From: Patescibacteria group bacterium
Lineage (GTDB): Bacteria; Patescibacteriota; UBA1384; CAJBMM01
Assembly: GCA_041660565.1 (NCBI GenBank)
Contig: JBAZWC010000002.1
Location: 85,520-149,519, forward strand
Length of the DNA stretch: 64,000 bases
Direction of reading: 5' to 3'
In this document: positions 18,379-29,953 of the stretch, one piece after another
How the letters are laid out: the number at the start of each line of letters is the position of its first letter
Position numbering within the stretch: position 1 is the first letter of the stretch
Program-made: the position numbers and the translations under genes
Notes under the pieces: generated by a model
The model's database searches: none
What the model was told of the DNA's origin: nothing
What the model saw: the letters and a program-made list of their open reading frames with translations, nothing else

Positions 18379-18478
18379 ATCTGTTAAATTAATAGTAATA
18401 TAAACCAACTTTTTCCCGCGGCTAATTTGCCTCGGGTCGGGAATGAAAAAATATCCCGAACCACAGAAAGGACATTAC

Positions 18479-19012
18479 GTGAAAACGTACGAAATTACCT
18501 ATATCGTTTCAGACACCGTTGCCGAAGACAAAGTTAGCAACGAAATGGCCGAAGTCTCTAAAGAGCTCGAACGCCTTGGTGGCGTCATTGTTAAAGAAGA
18601 ACCATGGGGCAAAAGACGTTTGGCATATCCAATTAAGCGAAGCCAGTTTGGTTATTATGTTACCTTGCAAAGTCATATAGAGAATAGCAAGGTTAAAGAA
18701 TTAGATCGATTTTTCAGACTTCACAGCACCATTTTGCGCCATCTAATTTTAGCCTCAATTCCGGAACCGGTTAAAGCAGCCGATGAGACCGAATTGGTTG
18801 AGTCGATTGAGAAACGGGTTGAAGCATCCAAAGAGGCCGCCAGCGAAATCGTTGCCACCGAAACCAAAACCGCTTCGAGTGAGGAAGAGAAGCCAAAAAC
18901 CACTCGCGTTAAAAAATCAGTCAAATCCAATGAATCAGAGAAAAAAGCTGAAAATGATGATGAGCGCCGCAAGCAGGTTGAAGAAAAATTAAGTGAGATA
19001 TTAAAAGACTAA
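18479..19012 (+). CDS. rpsF: 30S ribosomal protein S6 with acidic/Lys-rich C-terminal extension
   Basis: VKTYEITYIVSD… matches the S6 N-terminus. GTG start at 18479 after AAAGGA. Track ORF begins 18443. rpsF-ssb-rpsR synteny. Confidence 0.8.
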   Translation: MKTYEITYIVSDTVAEDKVSNEMAEVSKELERLGGVIVKEEPWGKRRLAYPIKRSQFGYYVTLQSHIENSKVKELDRFFRLHSTILRHLILASIPEPVKAADETELVESIEKRVEASKEAASEIVATETKTASSEEEKPKTTRVKKSVKSNESEKKAENDDERRKQVEEKLSEILKD

Positions 19013-19034
19013 TAAATCTCTTAAAGGAGAAAAT

Positions 19035-19514
19035 ATGTACAGTCTAAATCGTGCTCAAATACTGGGAAATTTGACTCGGGATCCGGAATTAAAATCTACC
19101 CCAAGCGGGCAAATGGTAACCTCGTTCAGCATTGCCACTAATCGCAGCTGGCAAAACCCGGATGGCACCCGCCAAGACGCCGTTGAATATCACGACATCG
19201 TGGCGTGGGGCAAATTGGCCGAAATTTCATCGCAAATTTTAGCCAAAGGCAAACAAGCGTATGTTGAAGGTCGCTTGCAAACTCGTAGCTGGGATAGCCA
19301 AGACGGTCAAAAACGACAAAAAACCGAGATTGTGGCCGAAAATATCATTGCTACCGGTTCAAGAGGCGAAAGAGACATTAAAATGTCTGACGACTCTGTG
19401 CAGTCATCCCCTAACGTTGGCAAACCAGAAAGAAAAGATAAAAAAGATGATGTAAAATCATCCGAATCTGCCAAAACAGATGAAGAAATTAACATCGATG
19501 ACATCCCATTTTAA
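19035..19514 (+). CDS. ssb: Single-stranded DNA-binding protein
   Basis: 159 aa. OB-fold N-terminus (LNRAQILGNLTRDPELKSTPSGQMVTSFSIATNRSWQ), acidic tail ending DDIPF. Confidence 0.9.
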   Translation: MYSLNRAQILGNLTRDPELKSTPSGQMVTSFSIATNRSWQNPDGTRQDAVEYHDIVAWGKLAEISSQILAKGKQAYVEGRLQTRSWDSQDGQKRQKTEIVAENIIATGSRGERDIKMSDDSVQSSPNVGKPERKDKKDDVKSSESAKTDEEINIDDIPF

Positions 19515-19529
19515 AGTAAAAGGAGCTTA

Positions 19530-19751
19530 ATGCCAAAACCATATTACACCAAAAAAGAATGTCTATTTTGCAAAAAGCGCATGAACAGCGTGGATTACAA
19601 AGACGTTTCGCTATTATCTAAATTTACTACCCATTGGGGTCGTATTGAAACCGCCAAGAAATCCGGTACTTGCCATAAGCACCAACGCTTGTTAGGCACT
19701 GCAATTAAACAAGCAAGACACTTGGCCTTGATTCCGTTTACCACGAAATAA
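19530..19751 (+). CDS. rpsR: 30S ribosomal protein S18
   Basis: 73 aa. CLFCKKRMNSVDYKDVSLLSKF… conserved S18 core. Confidence 0.9.
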   Translation: MPKPYYTKKECLFCKKRMNSVDYKDVSLLSKFTTHWGRIETAKKSGTCHKHQRLLGTAIKQARHLALIPFTTK

Positions 19752-19753
19752 TC

Positions 19754-20314
19754 ATGCTAAGTATTACCGATCTACGTAACGGCACATTGGTTGAAATTGA
19801 TGGCGATCCTCATATCGTGATCAACTATTCGCATCACAAAATGGGACGCGGTGGGGCTGTGGTTAAAACCAAACTTAAAAACCTCAAAACCGGCGCCACC
19901 TATGAGCGCTCTTTTCACGGTAACGACAAGTTAGATCAGGCTACACTGGACGAAAAACAGGCCAGTTTCTTGTATAAAGAAGGTAACAAATATCTATTTA
20001 TGGATTCAAGCACCTACGAACAGTTTGAGCTACCTGATTCGGTGATTGCAGACAGCATCCCATTTCTGGCTGAAGGCATTGAAGTTAAAGTGATGTTTTT
20101 TGATGGCTTACCAATTGCGCTAAACTTACCGATTAAAATGGAATTTAAAGTTACTCATACCGAGCCGGGCGTTAAAGGTGACACGGCGCAAGGTGGCACT
20201 AAACCAGCCACCATTGAAACCGGCGCTTCGATTATCGTACCGCTATTCGTCAATATAGGTGACGTAATTAGAGTGGACACACGAAACTCTAGCTACATCG
20301 AACGAGTTAAGTAA
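19754..20314 (+). CDS. efp: Elongation factor P
   Basis: 186 aa. HHKMGRGGAVVKTKLKNLKTG (KPGKG loop region), three OB domains. Confidence 0.92.
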   Translation: MLSITDLRNGTLVEIDGDPHIVINYSHHKMGRGGAVVKTKLKNLKTGATYERSFHGNDKLDQATLDEKQASFLYKEGNKYLFMDSSTYEQFELPDSVIADSIPFLAEGIEVKVMFFDGLPIALNLPIKMEFKVTHTEPGVKGDTAQGGTKPATIETGASIIVPLFVNIGDVIRVDTRNSSYIERVK

Positions 20315-20328
20315 TCCTCATTTGCATC

Positions 20329-20868
20329 TTGATGCAGTCAAAGGTGTATAATGGAGTCGATATGCTTATTGCCGCATCTAAATTACAAAACGTGCCGTTA
20401 ATCGGCATGGAATCTCACAGTAGGCTCGGTACCATTAAACAGTGCATTTTTCACCCCGATACCGGACAGCTTTTAGCGTTCGCAATTAACCTAAATTCCG
20501 TTATTCCAAGAGTGAACTACATCTCTTTTAACGATATTGTCTCTTTTGAACAACACGCGGTGGTAGGAGATAGAGAATGTCTTTTTGATTTGGATGACTA
20601 CACCAAGGTCAAAAACATCTTGAGCCAAAAACGGCCTATTTTGGGTCAGAAAGTGCTCACCCGTGACCAGAAATATCTCGGAGACGTGACGGACGTGATG
20701 ATTGAAAAAACCACCGGCCAGATGGTGGAGTTTGAAGTACATCATCTTTTTTCAAAACGAATCTTCCGTTTTAATGATATCGACCAAATTACCACCAAAG
20801 GCGTAGTGGTAAAAAATGATTTGGAAATGGTCAAATCTGGGGTAGCGGTTGAGACAAACACCGCATGA
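20329..20868 (+). CDS. PRC-barrel domain protein (two PRC repeats)
   Basis: About 170-aa beta-rich protein with two LGTIKQCIFHPDTGQLLAF-type PRC motifs. Real start likely at ATG 20362 (MLIAASKL). Confidence 0.45.
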   Translation: MMQSKVYNGVDMLIAASKLQNVPLIGMESHSRLGTIKQCIFHPDTGQLLAFAINLNSVIPRVNYISFNDIVSFEQHAVVGDRECLFDLDDYTKVKNILSQKRPILGQKVLTRDQKYLGDVTDVMIEKTTGQMVEFEVHHLFSKRIFRFNDIDQITTKGVVVKNDLEMVKSGVAVETNTA

Positions 20869-20927
20869 CACGACATGGTTGTTAATTCGAGCATGTCAGA
20901 GAAATCTTAAAAATGAATCCGACCCAA

Positions 20928-21050
20928 ATTTTAAATTTTAAAGGCAAAATTTTAAATGAATAAGTACCGAATGATTAAATTTTAAATGGTTCCTTATTTA
21001 GTCATTTAAAATTGGCAACCATTCATTTGAAATTAAAAATTTATAATTTA
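20928..21050 (+). repeat. R2 AT-rich interspersed repeat, copy 2
   Basis: AAATTTTAAAGGCAAAATTTTAAATGAATAAGTACCGAATGATTAAATTTTAAATGGTTCCTTATTTAGTCATTTAAAATTGGCAACCATTCATTTGAAATTAAAAATTTATAATT. Near-identical to 25421-25550. Inverted at 45561-45745 and 48637-48768. Confidence 0.8.
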
Positions 21051-21649
21051 AAATTGTCTCGAATTTCTCGCTCTAGCTGATCCACATCATCCACCACCAC
21101 TACGGCGTGGCTTTTTTGTAAGGTCTGTTTATCTTGGTAACCCCAGCTGACCGCAATAGACTTTACTCCAGCCGATTCTGCCTCAATTACATCGCCAGAA
21201 GTGTCGGTTATCAAAATTGATTGCACTGCGTCAATGCCAGTGTCAGCTAAGACGCGACGAATTTTATTGGTTTTGCTGTGGTCAACATCACCCCCTAACA
21301 CTTGGGTAAAATACTCAGACAGGTTGTTTTCATCCAAATACCGCTTGATCGAGGCGGTGTAAGTGGACGAAATAATGACCAACGTAAAGTCTTTGGCCAA
21401 GTCTGGCAATAACGGCGCAATCCCATCTTTGACGGGGTCATGGACGATTTTAGCGTCATACTGATCAAAGAAGTTATCTACCGGAACGATTCCGTCCTGT
21501 TGGATTGACCTGTAAACTCCAGTGTTAAATATCTGACGGTACTCATCTTCGGTCAAATTTGGGTTCGTCTGGCGCATAATATTGTACGCATCAAAAAAGG
21601 TATTAACAATCACTCCGTCAAAGTCAAAAAAGATTATTTTTTTAGGCAT
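21041..21649 (-). CDS. HAD-superfamily hydrolase (beta-phosphoglucomutase-like phosphatase)
   Basis: 202 aa. Motif I IIFFDFDGVIVNT, motif III/IV region. Confidence 0.75.
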   Translation of the reverse strand: MPKKIIFFDFDGVIVNTFFDAYNIMRQTNPNLTEDEYRQIFNTGVYRSIQQDGIVPVDNFFDQYDAKIVHDPVKDGIAPLLPDLAKDFTLVIISSTYTASIKRYLDENNLSEYFTQVLGGDVDHSKTNKIRRVLADTGIDAVQSILITDTSGDVIEAESAGVKSIAVSWGYQDKQTLQKSHAVVVVDDVDQLEREIRDNFKL

Positions 21650-21689
21650 TTTTGCTCCAAATATTTACCATCATCATAACACAAAATGC

Positions 21690-21716
21690 GGCGCACAGCG
21701 CCGCATTTTGGCTTCC
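21690..21716. terminator. Symmetric hairpin AAAATGCGGCGC-ACA-GCGCCGCATTTT (bidirectional terminator, downstream of groEL)
   Basis: Perfect 12-bp stem flanked by A/T runs on both sides. Lies at the end of a ~150-nt structured groEL 3' UTR (21720-21840). Confidence 0.6.
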
Positions 21717-21841
21717 CCCCTAGCAATAGATTGCTAAACCAGAGGACTAGACGATATTATAGTCTAGGCCTGGTTACAGAAGAGTTAGCCCCACTTCGCC
21801 CCGCAAAAGCGGAGCTACGAGGGGCGTCGTCGCTACCGCTC

Positions 21842-23497
<1,656 letters not shown>

Positions 23498-23511
23498 TTA
23501 AATGTTAATAG

Positions 23512-23796
23512 TTATTCTACGATTCCCAAAATATCCGACTCATTCAAAACCAACAGTTCTTCGCCATCTATCTTAATCTCTGTTGGGCCATATTTGGTAA
23601 ACATTACTTTCTGTCCCACTTTTACTTCCAATGGTTTCAATGTCCCATCAATATATTTTCCACTACCAACAGCAATTATTTCGCCCTCCTGCGGCTTTTC
23701 TTTAACCGTATCTGGTAGTACAATTCCAGATTTTGTTACTTCGTCTTTTTTGAGTGCCCTAACCAAAACGCGATCACCAAGCGGCTGAAACTTCAT
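23512..23796 (-). CDS. groS: Co-chaperonin GroES (10 kDa)
   Basis: MKFQPLGDRVLVRALKKDEVTKSGIVLPD…, 94 aa. RBS AAGGAG 6 nt upstream of ATG at 23796. Track ORF 23512..23958 is over-extended. Confidence 0.93.
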   Translation of the reverse strand: MKFQPLGDRVLVRALKKDEVTKSGIVLPDTVKEKPQEGEIIAVGSGKYIDGTLKPLEVKVGQKVMFTKYGPTEIKIDGEELLVLNESDILGIVE

Positions 23797-23834
23797 CCTA
23801 GCTCCTTTTCGTTTTATGTGTTGTCTAGGCTCAA

Positions 23835-23864
23835 GTTTATCGTTTGGGCGATAAAATGTCAAGT
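23835..23864 (-). promoter_or_regulatory. Putative sigma70 promoter of groES-groEL (TTGACA-17-TAAACT)
   Basis: Minus strand reads TTGACATTTTATCGCCCAAACGATAAACT about 40 nt upstream of the groES RBS. No CIRCE (TTAGCACTC-N9-GAGTGCTAA) found. Confidence 0.45.
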
Positions 23865-24751
23865 ATACTTTGCATTTTGCGAATGTAGTTAGGACGATGA
23901 TCCACCGAATGCATTTTAAGGATGTTTGGGGCGCATACCAGCAGTTTTGAATTTGCAAACTCCGAATCCCGCATTATTTTGCGCTGGCTAAGATGGAAAA
24001 TGATTTTTTCTAGCACGCCATATTTTCCGACGTCCAACCCCTGCTCTTTGTCCCCCGCTAAATGCGCAACCTGATGCTTTTTCCAATTCGGCAACAAATC
24101 AAAAATATAATCGTTGACTTTAATAAATTGATTGTAAGTTTGGACACCAAACAACGGCACCATGGTAGCAATCCACATAGCATTGGTACGATCATCACAC
24201 CGGTACTTTCTTACATCCAAATTGTCTTCAGTCAGCCAATAACCCAAACAGGCGCGCCCAGCTTGTAAATGATGGTTTTTGTGCAAACCAAGAATTTTTA
24301 ATTTGATTAACGCTAAGGCTCTGGCAAAGTATAGATGCCCGGGCGCGGTGATGACCAGAAAATCAATGTCACTTTCTTTGCGATTTGTCTGCATTGCCAC
24401 GCTATTCATTAAAATAACCGATTGTATGTACGGCGTAGAACTAATTATTGAAGCAATACGTAAGGCTCTCTGACGCAAAATGGTAAGCGTAGTCTGCCGG
24501 TTGATTGTGGCGGTGATGCTACTCTGAGAGAGAGCAATGTACCCACAGTCAACCACCAATTTATGTTTATTGCATAAATTATTGACTGTGTTAGCCAGTT
24601 GCTCGTCTGACAATGGCTGCTGGTATAAGAAATTTTTGATCTCAATAAAGGTTAGCGCCCGTTGCCACTGACCAAAATATGCCACGACTTCTAAGACTGA
24701 AAGTTCTTCTTTGTTCATAGCCAAATAATAGCATAAATTAAAAGCTTCCAA
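23837..24751 (-). CDS. Nucleotidyltransferase-fold protein (minimal Pol-beta-like NTase core with N-terminal wHTH-like region)
   Basis: 304 aa. VILMNSVAMQTNRKESDIDFLVI matches the hG[GS]-x9-13-Dh[DE] NTase signature. Confidence 0.5.
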   Translation of the reverse strand: MEAFNLCYYLAMNKEELSVLEVVAYFGQWQRALTFIEIKNFLYQQPLSDEQLANTVNNLCNKHKLVVDCGYIALSQSSITATINRQTTLTILRQRALRIASIISSTPYIQSVILMNSVAMQTNRKESDIDFLVITAPGHLYFARALALIKLKILGLHKNHHLQAGRACLGYWLTEDNLDVRKYRCDDRTNAMWIATMVPLFGVQTYNQFIKVNDYIFDLLPNWKKHQVAHLAGDKEQGLDVGKYGVLEKIIFHLSQRKIMRDSEFANSKLLVCAPNILKMHSVDHRPNYIRKMQSILDILSPKR

Positions 24752-24795
24752 ATATCCAATTAGCCCAATTCATCCTATTTATCCAATTCGGACTT

Positions 24796-25329
24796 TTACT
24801 TTTTGCCCGAGCCAAAGATGCTAGACCAAAAAGAGTTGTTTGCTTTCTTTTTACTTGTTGTCGATTCCGCCGGAGCGGTTAGTTGCTTCACTTGGTCTTT
24901 TAGGGTTTCGACTTGGTTTTGATAATAACCTAGCTGTCCGGCCATATTAAAGTTTTTCTCGCCAAATTCTTTTGATTCCTGACGCAGTTGCTCTTTTTCT
25001 TTTCTTAGGTTTTCTAACTCTTTTTCCAAAACCTCAATAGCATGGGCTATGTTAGGGTCTGCTGATGCAGTGTTAGGGACACTGTTTGTAACAGTATTTT
25101 TAACAGCCTTATCAATAGGCTTTCTACCAGTGTTAACCGGAGTGTCTTTAAGGGTCTGCTTAAGCTCTACTAATTCCTCGCGATTAAGCCGCATTTCTTG
25201 GCCGTTAAAGCCTTCAACATACTGCTTGCTGAGCTTGTTACTACGCACGTATGAGCGCACCGTGGCTGACTTTTTTCCCAAGATATCCATTGCTTCCCGC
25301 AAAGAAACATCGTAAACTTTTTCTGCCAT
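24796..25329 (-). CDS. HTH (excisionase/MerR-like HTH_17) DNA-binding protein with coiled-coil and basic C-terminus
   Basis: 177 aa. VSLREAMDILGKKSATVRSYVRSNKLS N-terminal HTH, then LEKELENLRKEKEQLRQESKE coiled coil. Confidence 0.5.
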   Translation of the reverse strand: MAEKVYDVSLREAMDILGKKSATVRSYVRSNKLSKQYVEGFNGQEMRLNREELVELKQTLKDTPVNTGRKPIDKAVKNTVTNSVPNTASADPNIAHAIEVLEKELENLRKEKEQLRQESKEFGEKNFNMAGQLGYYQNQVETLKDQVKQLTAPAESTTSKKKANNSFWSSIFGSGKK

Positions 25330-25420
25330 ATTTCACACTCCTCTTATTACCCTAAACATTAGGGTGTTATGAAACGGTTGTCAATAGGGGTGATAATAGA
25401 GTGCTGCTATAAGAAGAACA

Positions 25421-25550
25421 ATTATAAATTTTAAAGGCTAAATTTTAAATGAATAAGAGCCGAATGATTAAATTTTAAATGGTTCCTTATTTAGTCATTT
25501 AAAAATTGGCTACCTTTCATTTGAAATTAAAAATTAAAAATTGGCTATGG
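25421..25550 (+). repeat. R2 AT-rich interspersed repeat, copy 3
   Basis: Near-identical to 20928-21050 (AAGAGCCGAATGATTAAATTTTAAATGGTTCCTTATTTAGTCATTTAAAAATTGGCTACCTTTCATTTGAAATT). Confidence 0.8.
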
Positions 25551-27353
25551 TGTTGCCACTGGCCCTGTCCCAACCAGATATCTCGCCTGCCACGGTACAT
25601 AATGGCTAACAAAGGTTTGTTTATTTCTTTCAGACCCATCGGCGTTCAAAACGGTGTACGTAAAGCTTGCGTTAGAGCCGGCATGGGCTTTTTCGATCTG
25701 TTTGGTAGTTCCGGTGGGTAACGTGTCAGTATTGACATAGACGGGGTCTGGGGGCTGTACAACATCATATACGCTAGGAGCTGTCTGTTGAACAGTACGC
25801 CCATCCTTTTTACCGTAGATATCAAAGGTAATTTTAGTGCCATCAACATGAGATTGGATTAGAATATTCGACGCGGTATCGTTTACAAATTTAAAGTCTG
25901 GGCTGCCTTCATAAATTGTGGCGTCCATGCCCACCGGTGGCTCATAATAGCCCACTCGATAAGAGTGGTTTCGACGATCGGTGATTTTCAATCCGGAGTT
26001 CATTGAGGCTCGAAAAAGCGTGGTTGAGACCTGACACAGTCCACCACCAAATTCCGGCTCGGTGCGATTTTCTTTAATCACCAATTCGGGTAAATAACCG
26101 GACGCACCATCAATCTTGCCTAAATTCTTAAGAGTCGAAAACTCCTCACCCGGTTTGATCAATATCCCATTCAGCGCCGCTGCACCAACTGTAATGTTAT
26201 GAACACGATTTTGGGGACTTCCGGAAAAACTGGTAGTGCCACTCCCAATTAAATCCACAATACCCAGGCTGCTAATATTGCTCTCATTTACCTGCGGTTT
26301 GGTGACAATAATCACGGCCGGAATGGTAATAGTATCGTCACTCTTATTATTTTGAATAAAATCTTGCACCGCTTTTACCACGTTGGCATCGGTCTTGGCA
26401 ACGTCAAGCTGTCGCCCATCCTGCCCGGGCACGGTAATGGACACGGTACTATTTTGCAAGGTCAAGCGCGATTCGGTTGGGTCTTGATTAATCTGTGACG
26501 TAATTTTATTTAACCAGGCCTTAACTGCTTCAGCGTTTACTCCAGCTTGAATTTGTTGATGCACCATCTCGGAGTTTATCCAACTATCAAGTTCGCTTTG
26601 AGATGGAGAGTAGGTTTTTGTGCCATCGCTAAGTTTAATTTTGGCTTGACGTAATTTTTTTGCCTGTGCGATAGCATTATCGGTGTGGCCGGCTAGATAT
26701 AAAGGCGTCACTACCAACCGCTCAAGCAAAATCTGGTCTGACGACCCCAATTTCCACCGCGACACAATTTGTTTAATCGCCATATCTTGATCTAATCGAT
26801 ATCCCTTAGCGCCACTAGTCTCAACCACCTGCCCATTGTCAACTTTAATACCGGCGTTAACCTCGGGCTGATCCACTTTGGCGGCAAAATCACTCACCAA
26901 TTTAGCTAATTTTTCTGCGTCATAGCTAATCACATAATCCACGGTTCGAGGATAAAAAATCTGCACCAAAGCTTCTGACATAGACGGGAAAATACTACTG
27001 CGCCGCCCGATTGCATAGGTGTTGATGGCGGTAGTTTTAGCATCGTAGGTTAGTCCAACGTCGGCTGCATGAATTTCTAAACTTTGTTTATTTACTTCTA
27101 ATTTAACCGTAGCATTGGCCACCGTCTGAATTTGCGCTTCAAGTTTACTACCGGAATCTGGTAATGAAAGCCCGCTTAAATCTTGGCTAGCCACATAGAT
27201 GTTAGGAAAAACGCGCGTGGAGTAGTACCACATATATCCGGCAAATCCACCCACGACCAAAACAACCGCTATCACCCCATAAGCAATCAACCAACGCCGA
27301 CTAAAAAAGTGTCGAACGTTTTTTTTAGTTTTTTCTTTTTTTGTCGATACCAT
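25545..27353 (-). CDS. VanW-family protein (N-terminal TM anchor, PG-binding-like repeats, C-terminal VanW domain)
   Basis: 602 aa. C-terminal FGGGLCQVSTTLFRASMNSGLKITDRRNHSYRVGYY matches the VanW signature. Confidence 0.7.
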   Translation of the reverse strand: MVSTKKEKTKKNVRHFFSRRWLIAYGVIAVVLVVGGFAGYMWYYSTRVFPNIYVASQDLSGLSLPDSGSKLEAQIQTVANATVKLEVNKQSLEIHAADVGLTYDAKTTAINTYAIGRRSSIFPSMSEALVQIFYPRTVDYVISYDAEKLAKLVSDFAAKVDQPEVNAGIKVDNGQVVETSGAKGYRLDQDMAIKQIVSRWKLGSSDQILLERLVVTPLYLAGHTDNAIAQAKKLRQAKIKLSDGTKTYSPSQSELDSWINSEMVHQQIQAGVNAEAVKAWLNKITSQINQDPTESRLTLQNSTVSITVPGQDGRQLDVAKTDANVVKAVQDFIQNNKSDDTITIPAVIIVTKPQVNESNISSLGIVDLIGSGTTSFSGSPQNRVHNITVGAAALNGILIKPGEEFSTLKNLGKIDGASGYLPELVIKENRTEPEFGGGLCQVSTTLFRASMNSGLKITDRRNHSYRVGYYEPPVGMDATIYEGSPDFKFVNDTASNILIQSHVDGTKITFDIYGKKDGRTVQQTAPSVYDVVQPPDPVYVNTDTLPTGTTKQIEKAHAGSNASFTYTVLNADGSERNKQTFVSHYVPWQARYLVGTGPVATP

Positions 27354-27394
27354 TTAAATGGTTCCCCTAATGGCCTAATCAGCTAATCACCTGC

Positions 27395-27643
27395 CTACGA
27401 TATCAGTTCGTTCAATACCGCTTTGGTGGTCTGATCTTGGCGTTTTTGCGCCATGTCAAACTGCTCCACCGTGATGGCAACGTCATCACCTACTTTTAGG
27501 TTAACAGGAATGATTGCCTTGGGGCAAATAAAACTATCGGTCGCGTTAGTTAAGACCGCTTGATCATTCTCGATCGAGTCGATTTTGTATTGATGCAAAA
27601 CCGGAGGATAAATTGTTGATCCCGGTACGTTACGAGTTGTCAT
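27395..27643 (-). CDS. DUF3006-like small protein
   Basis: 82 aa. IDSIENDQAVLTN…AIIPVNLKVGDDVAITV pattern. Confidence 0.45.
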   Translation of the reverse strand: MTTRNVPGSTIYPPVLHQYKIDSIENDQAVLTNATDSFICPKAIIPVNLKVGDDVAITVEQFDMAQKRQDQTTKAVLNELIS

Positions 27644-27659
27644 TTCAGTTCCAAATCAA

Positions 27660-27815
27660 GTAAATTCGAAGCACTAAATCCGATAATCACGAGTATTCTG
27701 CGAGTGATTTCGATGCGAAACATCTATTTCGAAACAAATTTCAAATATAAAATTCCAAAAGTTTTGAATTTGATTTTTGGTGATTTGCGATTTTTTCGTG
27801 CTTCGTATTTCGTGC
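27660..27815. repeat. R3 AT-rich inverted-repeat element (TTCGAAGCACTAAATCC ... CGTGCTTAGTGCTTTGC)
   Basis: Terminal inverted AAGCACTAAA/TTTAGTGCTT. Internal segment CGAGTGATTTCGATGCGAAACATCTATTTCGAAAC also present at 9572-9615. Confidence 0.6.
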
Positions 27816-27826
27816 TTAGTGCTTTG

Positions 27827-29953
27827 CTACTTCGCTTCTTGGCTAACTTTGGGTCGGCGCAAATACGCAACAACCAACAGAACCACCACAAACACGGCCA
27901 ATACAATCCACTTAGCTTGGCTTGTCAAAGCATGTTCGGTCATTAATGAGATAATCAACAACGCCACAATGTTCACCACTTTAATCATGGGGTTGATGGC
28001 CGGACCGGCGGTGTCTTTATATGGATCGCCTACAGTATCGCCGGTAACGGCGGCCTGATGAGCAAACGAACCTTTTCCACCAAAGTTACCAGATTCGATG
28101 TATTTTTTAGCGTTATCCCAAGCGCCACCGCCCGAAGTCATCGAAATTGCCACGAAGATACCAGTGACGATAGATCCAACCAGCAATCCACCCAAAGCCG
28201 ATGGCCCCAGCAAGAATCCAACCAAAACAGTGGCTACGATAGGCAATACAGCCGGAATAACCATTTCTTTAATTGCAGATTTTGTCACAATATCCACTGC
28301 CGCCCGATAATCCGGCTTCTCAGTTCCTTTCATAATGCCCTTAAAGACTCGGAACTGGCGTCGAACCTCTTCTACTACCTGTGCGCCCGCTTTTCCCACC
28401 GCTTCCATAGACAACGCGGCAAAATAGTAGGGCAACAGACCACCAATAAACAGACCAACCAAAACGTACGGGTCGGACAACGAGAAAGTCAATTCTTGGC
28501 CGGTCAAAGTCTTCAAATCGGCCACATAAGACGCAAACAACACAATGGCGGCCAAACCAGCTGAACCAATGGCATAACCCTTGGTAACGGCTTTGGTGGT
28601 GTTACCCACGGCATCTAATTCATCGGTAATGGTGCGGATTGATTCCGGCAGCTCGGCCATTTCGGCAATGCCACCGGCGTTATCAGTGATCGGACCATAG
28701 GCATCAATAGCGACGATGATTCCCGCCAGCGACAACATCGCAACCACTGCGATGGCAACACCAAAGATTCCGGCCAAGCTGTACGAGGCCAAAATGGCGG
28801 CGCAAATAACCAAAACTGGCATTGCGGTTGAGCGCATCGAAACTGCCAAACCGGTGATCACGTTAGTACCGTGGCCGGTTTGTGAGGAGGCGGCAATTGA
28901 TTTAACCGGCGCATATTTGGTGCTGGTAAAGTATTCGGTGATGACAACCAAAAGCGCGGTTACGGCCAAACCAATCAATGATGCAAAAAACAGATTGTTC
29001 ACGGTATAGTCGGCACCATAGCTGGTTAATCCGGACATAAATTTATTCGTCACAAACCAGAACGCCACCGCCGATAACACGCCAGCGACGATCAAACCGT
29101 TGTACAGCGCGGCCATAATGCCTTGCTTGCCAAAACGGCGCACGAACCAAGTACCAATAATAGTGGCGACGATGGATACGCCACCAAGAGCCAATGGGTA
29201 CAACAGCACGCTTTCGTTGCCCTTAAACAAAATGGCACCAAGCAACATTACCGCAATCATGGTAACACAGTAAGTTTCAAATAGATCGGCGGCCATTCCG
29301 GCGCAATCACCCACGTTATCGCCTACGTTATCGGCAATGACGGCCGGATTTCGCGGATCGTCTTCTGGAATTCCGGCTTCAACTTTACCCACCAAATCGG
29401 CACCAACGTCGGCGCCTTTGGTGTAAATACCGCCGCCCAATCGAGCAAAGATGCTAATTAATGATCCTCCAAAACCCAAACCAATTAAAGCTGAGGTGTC
29501 TTTGAAAATCGCGTAAAAAGCGGTGACGGCCAGCAAGCCCAAGCCCACTACCAACAATCCGGTTACGCTACCACCTTGAAAAGCCACTTTCAAAGCTGCG
29601 TCTAAGCCAGATTTTGCCGCTTCGGCAGTACGAACATTGGCGCGCACCGAGACGTTCATCCCAATGTAACCAGCCAACGCCGATAATGTTGCTCCCACCA
29701 AAAAGCCAACCGCAGTGTGCCAGTTAAGCGCGTAGAGCAGCACCACGAATAGGACAACGGCCACAAGTGCCACGGTTGAGTACTGGCGATTAAGAAAAGC
29801 CATTGCACCTTGTTGGATGGCCAACGCAATGTCTGCCATCTTTTTGGTTCCCACCGGTTTCTTTAGAATATTTAAGGCGGTCAATATGCCATATACAACC
29901 GCAAGGGATCCTCCGCCAAGTGCCAGGGTAAGCGCTAACTGGTAGGTGCTCAT
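27827..29953 (-). CDS. hppA: Membrane-bound proton/sodium-translocating pyrophosphatase
   Basis: 708 aa. [40 protein letters not shown], about 16 TM helices. Confidence 0.93.
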   Translation of the reverse strand: MSTYQLALTLALGGGSLAVVYGILTALNILKKPVGTKKMADIALAIQQGAMAFLNRQYSTVALVAVVLFVVLLYALNWHTAVGFLVGATLSALAGYIGMNVSVRANVRTAEAAKSGLDAALKVAFQGGSVTGLLVVGLGLLAVTAFYAIFKDTSALIGLGFGGSLISIFARLGGGIYTKGADVGADLVGKVEAGIPEDDPRNPAVIADNVGDNVGDCAGMAADLFETYCVTMIAVMLLGAILFKGNESVLLYPLALGGVSIVATIIGTWFVRRFGKQGIMAALYNGLIVAGVLSAVAFWFVTNKFMSGLTSYGADYTVNNLFFASLIGLAVTALLVVITEYFTSTKYAPVKSIAASSQTGHGTNVITGLAVSMRSTAMPVLVICAAILASYSLAGIFGVAIAVVAMLSLAGIIVAIDAYGPITDNAGGIAEMAELPESIRTITDELDAVGNTTKAVTKGYAIGSAGLAAIVLFASYVADLKTLTGQELTFSLSDPYVLVGLFIGGLLPYYFAALSMEAVGKAGAQVVEEVRRQFRVFKGIMKGTEKPDYRAAVDIVTKSAIKEMVIPAVLPIVATVLVGFLLGPSALGGLLVGSIVTGIFVAISMTSGGGAWDNAKKYIESGNFGGKGSFAHQAAVTGDTVGDPYKDTAGPAINPMIKVVNIVALLIISLMTEHALTSQAKWIVLAVFVVVLLVVAYLRRPKVSQEAK

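Noticed and set aside
23797-23870. CIRCE (HrcA) operator upstream of groES
   Set aside because: No TTAGCACTC-N9-GAGTGCTAA match. R3 termini (TTAGTGCTT) resemble a half-site only superficially.
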